This document shows, piece by piece, positions 52,980 to 62,600 of a DNA stretch of 64,000 nt. The stretch lies in IMG/VR virus record IMGVR_UViG_3300042863_002246, one strand, 5' to 3'. The notes beneath the pieces are model-generated. The model saw nothing but the letters and a program-made list of their open reading frames with translations. It made no database searches and was not told the origin of the DNA. The DNA comes from an uncultured virus (IMG/VR IMGVR_UViG_3300042863_002246). Taxonomy: Duplodnaviria; Heunggongvirae; Uroviricota; Caudoviricetes. Position 1 is the stretch's first letter, and every line of letters begins with the position of its first letter. Position numbers and translations under genes: made by a program.

Positions 52980-53427
52980 TACTTGCTTCTATTTTTTCAA
53001 AGTATTCGTCTTGTTCTTGAAGAGAATATTCGTCTTTTTTGATATTGTATATTATGTTGTACAAAAATCTGTCATCTAATCTATGTTTTTCACCACCTTT
53101 CATTGTTATGGTACATACATCGTCTTCAAAAACATTTTCAATCTTACTTATTTGAAGTCCAAACTTTCCATATTTGTCGTGAAGATTACATATAACTATT
53201 CTTTTTTCCTTTAAAAGGTCGTCTATTCTAGAATATGTCGAATTCTTTGATAGATACATGAAATCTTTCATGTAGTCCTCTCTTGTATGCTGATAGAGGT
53301 TCAGGAAATTTATTTCCTTATCAGAAAGCTTCTTGCTGCTGTTTATCTTATCTAAGATACGGTTCAGCTCTATTTCTTTAATAGATTCGCCGAGAAGGTA
53401 ATACTTTATGAGTTTTTTTATTTTCAT
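52963..53427 (-). CDS. Hypothetical protein with DUF6576-like motif
   Basis: LNRILDKINSSKKLSDKEINFL; start moved to MKIKK because the late box 53448-53456 overlaps the first ATG. Confidence 0.65.
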   Translation of the reverse strand: MKIKKLIKYYLLGESIKEIELNRILDKINSSKKLSDKEINFLNLYQHTREDYMKDFMYLSKNSTYSRIDDLLKEKRIVICNLHDKYGKFGLQISKIENVFEDDVCTITMKGGEKHRLDDRFLYNIIYNIKKDEYSLQEQDEYFEKIEASNGDDD

Positions 53428-53507
53428 GTCGCTATTATTTTCTATCATATATATTAAGAAGTGTAAACGATTTTTATATATAGTTTATACTAAAATTATA
53501 TAATCTA

Positions 53508-56500
53508 ATGGATCAAAAGTTACTTAGTGCATTAAACAATTTATCCGAAGGCCTGGAGGCCATCGCAGAGGCACTTAAAGAAAGTGGGGGTAGTGGTAAT
53601 AAATCTGCCACTACTTCCGCACTACAAGGTGGAAGTTTTACTAAAGAGATTCAGGAAATAAATGTTGGTGTCAAGCAATTGATGAAAGATTCTAAACAGA
53701 TTCTGAAGAACCAAGAAACTATAATAAGTTTATCTAAGAAGTCTGCAGGTGATAAAAAGAGTGACTTTGAAAAGGCGGGTGGTGATAAGAAGAAAGAAAG
53801 CCAGATTAAAAAAGGTATTGGAACTATATTGCTTATTGCAGTTGCTGTACTTGCCATAGGAATGGCATTTAAACTTGTTGGTAAAATTGATTTTCTATCG
53901 GTTGTAGGTTTAGGATTAGCCATGTTGATAATGTCTGAGGCGTTTGTAAAAATAGCCAAAACAAAAATGACTATAAAAGAGGCTGCTATTGCATCACTTG
54001 CAATGGTTATGATGGCAATTGCCGTTACTCTTTCATCATGGGTATTAAAAATGATTAGTCCAATCGGAATAGCACAGTTACTAACGGGTATTGCAATAAC
54101 TGCAATGTTTTATATTATGGCTCCTAAATTCGCGATGTTATTGAATGCTGTTAATAATAGCTTCAAAAAAGTGAGTTATGCAGACATAATCAAAGTTACT
54201 GTAATCTTAGTTGCTATGTCTGTGGCGATAACTCTTTCATCATGGGTATTGAGATTAATCACACCATTGAGTCTTGGACAGATTATAACGGGTATTGGTA
54301 TAACCGTGATGTTCTATGTTGTGTCTAACTTTTTACCTAAGCTTGCCATTTCGGTAATCGCGGTTAGTAAAATAATGAGTAAAAAAGACTTGGCGTTGTT
54401 GCCAATCATGTTGGTTGCATTTTCTATTGCGATAACACTTTCGTCATGGATATTGAGAATGATTGCACCAATGTCGTTTGGACAAATAATAACAGGGATT
54501 GCAATAACTGCGATGTTCTGGATTGTATCTAACTTCTTGCCTAAGCTTGCACTTGCTGTAATCGCGGTTAGTAAAATAATGAGTAAAAAGGACTTAGTTT
54601 TACTACCACTTATGATGGTTGCATTTTCTATCGCGATTATGCTTTCTTCTTTAATATTAAAATTGATTCAACCACTATCGTTTGGTCAGATAATAACAAC
54701 AATAGTTGTTACTGCAGTATTTTGGGCAATTTCGATGTTTTTAACAGATATCGCAATTGGTGTTATAATGGTTGATAAAATATTGGGTAAAAATAAAATA
54801 TGGATGATTCCATTGGTTTATGTTGCGATATCTGCTGCCATAATGGTTGCCGGTTTCCTTTTCTCGATGACTCCAGAATTGGGTTGGAAACAAATGGTTG
54901 GTATTCTATTGATTGGTTTGATATTTGCTGGATTGGCTTATGTTATGCCTGATATGGCGATTGGTCTTGTTATCATGGAGAAGGCCTTGGGTAAAGGTAA
55001 AATGTGGTTGATTCCTTTGGTTTATGTTGCGATTGCTGCTGCCATAATGGTTTCGTCTCACATTCTTAATGCTAGTGCTGAAATACCTTGGATGAAGCTA
55101 CTTAACATATTGGTATTCTCTGTTGTATTAGTGATTGCAGTTGCTTTAATCGGATTACTATCTTTACTTTTAGTCAAAGTTATTGGATTAACCACTATAC
55201 TAAAAGGATCTCTTTGTATTGTGGCTATAGCCACTTCAATAATGTTGGCATCATGGCTTCTTACTAAGGGTAGTTATAAAAAATATCCTGATTGGAAATG
55301 GGTACTTTTTGCAGCATTGGCAATTGTGGTATTTGGTTTAATAGGATGGTTATTGATGAAGATTGGTAGTCTCAGTACGTATATAAAGGGTGGTATTGCC
55401 ATATTGGCGGTTGCTACTACTATTATGTTGACTTCGCATATAATAAATGCTGGAAACTATAAAAAATATCCTAAACTGGCTTGGTCTCTAGGTGTTGGTG
55501 CTGCATTGTTGGCATTTGGTTTGGCTGCGGTTGGATTGGGGTTAGTGATGATGTTTGATGGTGGTTTATCTCTTTTATTAGGTTCTCTTGGTATTTTAGG
55601 AGTATCTGCAACTATAGTTGCTGCCTCACACATACTTGCTCAGGGTAAATATGGTAAATTTCCTTCACTTGGATGGTCTGTTTCTGTTGGTTTAGCATTG
55701 GCTGCCTTTGGTGGTGGAATGGTTCTTTTGGGTGGTCTTATAATAGCATCTTTTGGTATTGGTGGTCTTATGCTTGCAGCAGGTGCTAAGGCTGTTTTGA
55801 AGGTCGCAGAAACTATAGTAAAGTCATCACACATATTAGCCAAAGGAAATTGGAAAAAGGGTCCTACGGTTGAATGGGCATCGGGAGTTGCAATTGCACT
55901 TGGTGCTTTTGCACCAATCTATAGTATGTTGTTGGAAAACGCACCTGGACTTTTCAGTGCGGGTGGTGGTGTTGGTCCAGACGATTTTGCAAGGGCCATA
56001 GTAACCGTTAGTAAGGGTATAATGACTGCAGCGGCTGAATTCGCCTCTCCTAAGAATAAAAGTGTTTGGAAAGGTGGACCTACACAAGCTTGGGCGACTG
56101 GTGTTGGTATAGCATTAGGTGCATTCGCCCCAGTTTATATGATGTTGCTTAACAATGCACCTGGTATATTCAGTAAGGGTGGTGGTGTCGGACCTGAAGA
56201 TTTTGCAAAGGCAGTTATGACGGTTTCTAGAGGTATAATAGCAGCTGCTGGAGTATTTGCGTTAAATACCGCACAATTCGAAGAAGGTAAATATCCTTCT
56301 GTTAAATGGGGTCAAGGTGTAGGTGCTGCACTTAATGCCTTTGCTCCTGTATTTACCGCGTTGAGTAAAGATACTGGTTGGTTTACATCGGGTGATGAGG
56401 TTATAACCAACATGGTAAGTGGTGTCATTAGACTAGCGGGTGCCATCGTCACAGTTGCACAAATATTCGAATGGGCTAAGATGAAGTGGGATTCAGCTCC

Positions 56501-57674
56501 TAGTAAAAATTGGTCATGGAATGTCGGAGTTGCCGTTAGGTCATATGCAAAATTGGCTTCTGATATAAGTAAAAATACGGACTTTTTTGGTATAGGATTG
56601 TCTTTGCCTGTTAAAATCGTATCTTCAATTATTTCTGTAGGACATATTATACAAAAAAACAAAAAGGCACTAACAAGTTATTTGAATCCTGCATTTGTGC
56701 CTATTTTGGCAGTAAGTGTTAGGGGTTATGTTAGGTTAACTGACTTTGTTGCAAAAAGTGCTGGTATGTTAATGAACGAAAGTGGTGTTAGAACCGTTGC
56801 TGTTCAGATGGCCACTACTGCCAAAATATTAGAAAAAAACAAAAAGTATTTCTCTTATTTGATTCCGAGAAACTTTATAGCCAATTTGGCACCTAACTTA
56901 TTAGGGTATGCTACAATGGCAAGGGCTTTGGAGAAGATGATGACGATTACCGAAAAGAAATTCATACCTTTAAGTGCATTGGGTGGAACCGACGTTAGTT
57001 ATAAGACTACTAGACCTGCAGATATTTCTATTGTCAATAGAGTTGCTGCACAGATGTCTTTGACTGCAGCTATTATTGGTAAGAATGCTAAATATTTCAA
57101 TACTAAAATAGATCCTAACTTCATGAAATCGGTAGGGTCAAATCTTTTCTATTATATGACTATTGCTAAAAAACTACAATCACAACAAAGTTTTGGATCT
57201 ATGATAAAAAGTGCTTTTGGTCTTGATCCTATGAGTCAAATGGCAAATGGTATGATTAAACTTGCCAAAGGATATGATAGTCTTGCATCTTCCATAAAAA
57301 AGATGGGTTCTGCAATGAGCCAAATCAACGACAAGAAGCTTTCACAGATGGAAAGAATGGCTAGACTGGGTAGAAGTCAGAACCAAAGTAAAGGATTCTT
57401 AGGTTCTCTTGGTGAGGCTGCTGGTTCTGTTGTTGGTGCTGTGGGTGGACTTGTTGGTGGTGCTCTCAATATGGTTACTCCTGGTGGTGGTCCTGGATCT
57501 AAATCAAGTAGTAGAGAAAAGGAAAAAGTTGGTAAATATGGTAATGTTAACAAACAGAATGATATGATTATAGAACTACTTATGGAATTGAATAGTAAGA
57601 TTGGTGCAGGTTCAAATATCGATACTGCTATGTTGAAAAAGTTGAACGAGAAAAAAGATTCTAAACTTCAGTAA
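53508..57674 (+). CDS. Tape-measure-like protein with many hydrophobic repeats
   Basis: 1388 aa, helical, repeated AITLSSW.L..I.P...GQIITGI.IT.MF and W..GV.IALGAFAP units. Confidence 0.65.
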   Translation: MDQKLLSALNNLSEGLEAIAEALKESGGSGNKSATTSALQGGSFTKEIQEINVGVKQLMKDSKQILKNQETIISLSKKSAGDKKSDFEKAGGDKKKESQIKKGIGTILLIAVAVLAIGMAFKLVGKIDFLSVVGLGLAMLIMSEAFVKIAKTKMTIKEAAIASLAMVMMAIAVTLSSWVLKMISPIGIAQLLTGIAITAMFYIMAPKFAMLLNAVNNSFKKVSYADIIKVTVILVAMSVAITLSSWVLRLITPLSLGQIITGIGITVMFYVVSNFLPKLAISVIAVSKIMSKKDLALLPIMLVAFSIAITLSSWILRMIAPMSFGQIITGIAITAMFWIVSNFLPKLALAVIAVSKIMSKKDLVLLPLMMVAFSIAIMLSSLILKLIQPLSFGQIITTIVVTAVFWAISMFLTDIAIGVIMVDKILGKNKIWMIPLVYVAISAAIMVAGFLFSMTPELGWKQMVGILLIGLIFAGLAYVMPDMAIGLVIMEKALGKGKMWLIPLVYVAIAAAIMVSSHILNASAEIPWMKLLNILVFSVVLVIAVALIGLLSLLLVKVIGLTTILKGSLCIVAIATSIMLASWLLTKGSYKKYPDWKWVLFAALAIVVFGLIGWLLMKIGSLSTYIKGGIAILAVATTIMLTSHIINAGNYKKYPKLAWSLGVGAALLAFGLAAVGLGLVMMFDGGLSLLLGSLGILGVSATIVAASHILAQGKYGKFPSLGWSVSVGLALAAFGGGMVLLGGLIIASFGIGGLMLAAGAKAVLKVAETIVKSSHILAKGNWKKGPTVEWASGVAIALGAFAPIYSMLLENAPGLFSAGGGVGPDDFARAIVTVSKGIMTAAAEFASPKNKSVWKGGPTQAWATGVGIALGAFAPVYMMLLNNAPGIFSKGGGVGPEDFAKAVMTVSRGIIAAAGVFALNTAQFEEGKYPSVKWGQGVGAALNAFAPVFTALSKDTGWFTSGDEVITNMVSGVIRLAGAIVTVAQIFEWAKMKWDSAPSKNWSWNVGVAVRSYAKLASDISKNTDFFGIGLSLPVKIVSSIISVGHIIQKNKKALTSYLNPAFVPILAVSVRGYVRLTDFVAKSAGMLMNESGVRTVAVQMATTAKILEKNKKYFSYLIPRNFIANLAPNLLGYATMARALEKMMTITEKKFIPLSALGGTDVSYKTTRPADISIVNRVAAQMSLTAAIIGKNAKYFNTKIDPNFMKSVGSNLFYYMTIAKKLQSQQSFGSMIKSAFGLDPMSQMANGMIKLAKGYDSLASSIKKMGSAMSQINDKKLSQMERMARLGRSQNQSKGFLGSLGEAAGSVVGAVGGLVGGALNMVTPGGGPGSKSSSREKEKVGKYGNVNKQNDMIIELLMELNSKIGAGSNIDTAMLKKLNEKKDSKLQ

Positions 57675-57699
57675 ACAATTTGATTGTTATTCATATAAT
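57672..57699 (+). promoter_or_regulatory. Putative middle promoter TAAAC-N17-TATAAT
   Basis: TAAACAATTTGATTGTTATTCATATAAT. Confidence 0.55.
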
Positions 57700-57703
57700 A
57701 GAT

Positions 57704-58138
57704 ATGAATAAAAATGTTTCCATCTTTAAAAAGATTAGACTTTTCTCTTTTTATAAAAAAGTTATCAAAGAAAATAGTGAAGAGCTTGAGAGAAACTTTG
57801 GCCTTAGAGTTGATAAGGCACAAAGGTTATATACCGTTCTAAACATTCCTGAAGAAATAATAGGAGAGTCTTTTTCTCTTAAAAAATCTGATATCGATCG
57901 TATATCAGAAAACTATATAAAAGAGTATAACACCGAAGTAAACCGTATATTAAATGCAAAGGGACTTGGAGAGCTTTTTGGTCTTTATGAGGTTAAAAAG
58001 GTTGATAAGTACTCATATTTGGTGGTTATCGGATATTCACTTTTCAAAAGTAATGAGTATTATAATAAACTATATTGGAGAGTATATCCTATTATTGGGA
58101 TAGTATCAATCATTACTACAATTTTACTACTTGTTTAG
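57704..58138 (+). CDS. Hypothetical protein with C-terminal TM
   Basis: Start MNKNVSIF; hydrophobic C-terminus. Confidence 0.7.
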   Translation: MNKNVSIFKKIRLFSFYKKVIKENSEELERNFGLRVDKAQRLYTVLNIPEEIIGESFSLKKSDIDRISENYIKEYNTEVNRILNAKGLGELFGLYEVKKVDKYSYLVVIGYSLFKSNEYYNKLYWRVYPIIGIVSIITTILLLV

Positions 58139-58190
58139 TAAACTTTTAATCAAAAATGTATTATAAATAAAAATTCAAAATATAAAAATT

Positions 58191-58637
58191 ATGGCAAAAG
58201 AAACAGCAGAAGCATTCTATGAGTTAGATGAGACAACAGAAGAGCTTTTTATGGATGTCTTCAACAAGAAGTCGTTTCCGGTTAATGTTAACTTTCAATT
58301 TATTGGGAGCTCTAAACAAAAGCAATTGATAAAAGTAGCTAAAATCGCGGATGATTTTGCCTTTGTTCTTAAAAAAGAACTTAAAGTTATCATCAATGAA
58401 GATCTTTTAAACGTATTTGATGAAGAGTCTATAACTATTCTTATCGAGCAAGAGATTGATAAAATCAATATCAATATGGAAAGTGGTAAGATTAAGTTGG
58501 TAGGAACAGATTTAAACACATTTTCTTCTATTGTAAACAAATATGGTGTTGAGAAAGTAGCAAGAGCTAACAAAGTTGAAGAACTTTATAGTGAACAACA
58601 AAAAGATGCTAAGACAGACGAAGAATTTATTATCTAA
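58191..58637 (+). CDS. Hypothetical protein
   Basis: 148 aa; TAAAC-N18-TATAAA upstream (58139-58167). Confidence 0.7.
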   Translation: MAKETAEAFYELDETTEELFMDVFNKKSFPVNVNFQFIGSSKQKQLIKVAKIADDFAFVLKKELKVIINEDLLNVFDEESITILIEQEIDKININMESGKIKLVGTDLNTFSSIVNKYGVEKVARANKVEELYSEQQKDAKTDEEFII

Positions 58638-58639
58638 TC

Positions 58640-58897
58640 ATGAGTATTATAACTAAAAAATACGTATCTGCGCTTCAAAAAAGATACGAAGCTGAGATGG
58701 CTGAGGCAGAAGCAAACATAGCACTTTATCTATCTGGTCATAATCTTGCAGCAATCGGAGAGCACTCTGATTTGATGGAAGAACAAGATAAGTGGATCGA
58801 AAAATATACGAATGCTAAAGATAAATTGGAAACTTTAAAATCTTTGGATTTGAATGATTCGGATTTAGATAAAAAGTCGGAAAGAATTAACAGCTAG
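58640..58897 (+). CDS. Conserved small T4-like phage protein (AIGEH.D motif)
   Basis: ALQKRYEAEMAEAEANIALYL..AIGEHSDL helical hairpin. Confidence 0.65.
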   Translation: MSIITKKYVSALQKRYEAEMAEAEANIALYLSGHNLAAIGEHSDLMEEQDKWIEKYTNAKDKLETLKSLDLNDSDLDKKSERINS

Positions 58898-58922
58898 GCT
58901 GTACAAAAATAAAAACAAAAAT

Positions 58923-59609
58923 ATGTCAAATATTGAAACAAACGTAGTAAAACCAGAGATTAAATTCTTTGAAAATAACACTGAGAATTTAGTTATTGAT
59001 CCTATCAATGAAGTTATTTTAGATAGTAAAATCAAATCTATCGAAGACTATATGGTCAACAATGATGGAACTAATAAAAGTGATGAAGAAAAAGATAATC
59101 TTTATAAAGTATCACAAGGATTTTGGAAAGAGTATACTGATGCTTTAAGAGATGCTAAATACAACTTCCATCTTAATAGAGTTCAATGGAAATTCTTAAC
59201 AGATTTAATCTTACAAAAATTAGAGTATGATGTAAACACTGTTTTCTTCGCAATCGAATTAACTGAGTTATTGGGAACAATGAGAGATGTTAAATATACA
59301 AACGATGATGAGTTAATCGCTTTCCCTGTTAATGCAACAGAAATCACTTACATCTACCATTTAATATCAAAACATAAAGTTAAAGGTCTTACTAAAGATT
59401 CTTATACATTCTCTAAAGTTTTGATGAGAATAGGAACTATTAGTAAACTTTTCAACTATTACGATTCTTATGCAAAAAGTTTATCTACAGATATCCAGGA
59501 TTGGGTTGCTTCTTTTGAAGAAGGTATCATTGCAGAAGGTGTTGAGAAAAAGAAAAGAAAATCAGAAACAGTTGAAGCTACGGTAATCGAACCAAGTTCA
59601 AACAACTAA
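58923..59609 (+). CDS. Hypothetical protein
   Basis: 228-aa helical ORF. Confidence 0.7.
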   Translation: MSNIETNVVKPEIKFFENNTENLVIDPINEVILDSKIKSIEDYMVNNDGTNKSDEEKDNLYKVSQGFWKEYTDALRDAKYNFHLNRVQWKFLTDLILQKLEYDVNTVFFAIELTELLGTMRDVKYTNDDELIAFPVNATEITYIYHLISKHKVKGLTKDSYTFSKVLMRIGTISKLFNYYDSYAKSLSTDIQDWVASFEEGIIAEGVEKKKRKSETVEATVIEPSSNN

Positions 59610-59627
59610 TCATTGATTTAGTTTAAT

Positions 59628-59658
59628 AAAAAAGCCTTTAGATTTTCTAAAGGCTTTT
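59628..59658. terminator. Bidirectional terminator
   Basis: AAAAGCCTTTAGA-TTT-TCTAAAGGCTTTT. Confidence 0.8.
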
Positions 59659-59661
59659 CTT

Positions 59662-62600
59662 TTAATATACTGGCTCAATCGGAGTAAATGGTCCGATTAT
59701 GTCTCTCATTCCTGAAGAATCAACTAAATCTTTTATTCCACGTATTTCGTAGTTTTTTCTGTCTCTATAAACTGCCCCATATCCATTTTCTGAAGATATC
59801 TCTATTACAATGAATGGATCTATGTTAGAATCTAACGCAAAGTTGAATGGTGCTATTATTGGTGTTTTATGTGGACCATTTTCTTTCATAGAAATAATAG
59901 AATGTGTTGCACCGACTTTTGGTGGTGGAAGTATTCTTCTATATTCGTCTATTGTCTGTACCGGTTCTAAATCTATTTCTAACCACTCTGTTATATTCAA
60001 CCAATTTTGGTCATCTCCTTGGTCTAATACCGGTGGTATTGCAGAATAAGTTGCACCAAGTCCACTATAAACAAACATCTCTCTATTATATTTTACTATG
60101 TTTGTTACTCCATATGTTCCATTTGCATCCCAATCTTCCACATCTTCATTTTTTCTTGGACTTTTAACCTTATTGTTGTCTTGTGCAGACTCATATATCT
60201 TTCCATAATAAGTTACTTTATCACCTTTCATATAGTTTGTAAATGGTGCCCATTCTTTATATGTTTTATATGTTCTAATCTTTATAGTAAAGTATTCTGG
60301 TAGAACCATATTTTCTTTAAACTCATAATATGGTCTTGGTGGTGGAACTAAACCTGTTGGATTTTTGTCTGCACCTACTCCATCTACTATAGTATAGAAG
60401 TCTAATACACAGTTGTAGACGGTAGATCCACTATTAACCGGCATCAAATAAGCTTCGTTTAGTTTAAATGATATTGGTGTCATACTTTCTCTTATGTTGA
60501 CTATTCTCATATCATGAACTCTATGAGTAATCTGTGTACCACCTGTAAAGTAAGCTCTTCCTGTTATGTCTAGTATTTTGTGAGTTAGTGGAATTATATT
60601 ACTTTTCAACCAGAATTTTAATCCTTGTAGTTTTATCGTTATATCATCTATACTATATCCAAGTAAATTGTTTCCTTCTTTGTCTGTTATAAAGTATGTT
60701 AGATTGAATAGGTTTGTCTCTTCAAAGTTCTCGTTTGGAAAAGTATGCTTTACAAAGTCGTTTTCTGTCCATCCTTCCACAGAGTTGTCAAATATATCTG
60801 GTATTTCTACTTTGAATAGTTTTAAAAAGTTTTCTGAAGTAGTATTTATATTTCTATAGTATTCGTTTAGTTGTAAATCGTTGTATCCAAAGAAGTTTAT
60901 TGCGTTTATTATGGATTTGTATGATCCAATATAAGGATATATCAAATGCTTCATCATCAAAAGTTCTTTTCTCTTCATGTTTAAGAAGTTCCAATCTACA
61001 CCACCTTCTAATATGTCATAATCTTTAAATATGAATATCTCATTATGACCTATATTTTTTCCTACATTTCCTAATTCTATTTTGAATCTTGGATCTTCTA
61101 TTTCAGTCTGTCCTATTGTTTTAAATCTAGCAATCTCTCTATCTGTAACAAATAAAGTTGTTTTTAGGTATGTAGTTGTTCCTGATTTTGGATAGTCGGT
61201 TATTACAGTTTTTTCACTTTCAAAGAAGTCTAAATCTATGTTAAAGAAATCTACTATTATAGTTTTGTTGTAGATTTCTGATATCTTAACTACATATCCA
61301 CTATTTGTTGATATGTACTGATTTTTAGTATTTGTTATATCCTTTATTTCGATTCCTAAATATTGTCCTACTTTCAAACCTTTACCTATAAAAGTCTCTT
61401 CTGACATCATGTTGAGTTTTATTTGTCCTCTTTTGTATCCGTCTGAAGTAAGTGTGTCAAATGATATAATAGTGTCATTTGTAGGAGTACTGGTGATACT
61501 AAACTCTACTTCTTCTCTTTTATAAAGTTGTAAAAATGAACTATATGCACCTTCTTCGGGTGCTTTAAATCCTAAGAATAGTTGAAGTGGTGTTGGCTCT
61601 GTAGAAACATCATCTTGGTCATCTATGTAACTAAGTTCATATTCAACACTATCAAAAACGATTTGTTGATATTCAGGTAAATCCACTTTGTTTATGTCTC
61701 TGTTAGGATATTTGTTTAAAGGAACATCTTTGAATGGTTTTGGTCCTTTATATGTATAAGGACCTGTCTTTTCAAGTTGCTCTCCGCTCAAATCATATAT
61801 GAAGAATTCTGGATTTTCATCTGTCAACCATCTCCAATAGTATTTTACTGCAACATCACCTTCAAAGTTTTCTCTTGGTCTTCTGACACATTCATATGCC
61901 TTTACCCAAAGTTCTGTTGGTTTTACGTAATTTGGATTTAAAGTACCAAATTGTCCTTCGTCTATCGAACTTCCTGTTACTCCAATTATGTCAACTATAC
62001 TATTTACGGTTGGTTTTATTACAAAAACATTTGCCATCGATGGTTGTAAAGTCCATATAGATTTGTCTTCTGGGTTGTATAGTATTCTTTTACTTATGGC
62101 TGGCGTCGTTTCTGTATGAACCACTACTCCATTTGCAGAATCCACAACACAAACTGTGCTTGTTGTATCCGATGCTAAATATACACCACCATCATATTGG
62201 TTTAGTGCCATTCTACCATATATTGATGGATTTCTATCTATGTTTATGGTATTGTCTGTAAGATTCAAAGATCTGAATCTAAAAGTCTTGTCAGAAACGT
62301 TCATCTCGCCTGTAAGGTTGTTGTAAATTACATCCACAAACTCACTCATGGTCATTCCTGGTACTGATGCAGTCAGTCCATTATCTATTCTCCAAAGTTG
62401 TGCATCTGCATAAACATATACAGATTCGTTTACTGGTTCATAGAATATAGAAGATTGTGCAAGATCAGGAATATTGTAAGATGTTTGTATATCTCTCGTT
62501 GCACCATTTACTCTAATCAATAAATCTGCGTCGGTAGTTATGTATATGTCTTTTTCAAACTCGTTGTATACCATTTTCCCTGTTTTTGTGTCTGTAGGTG

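Noticed and set aside
58162..58169. T4-type late promoter TATAAATA
   Set aside because: Single upstream instance noticed, better explained as the -10 of the TAAAC-N18 class
58191..58637. Phage metallopeptidase call
   Set aside because: The expected HExxH position reads EQEIDK; resemblance too weak to support
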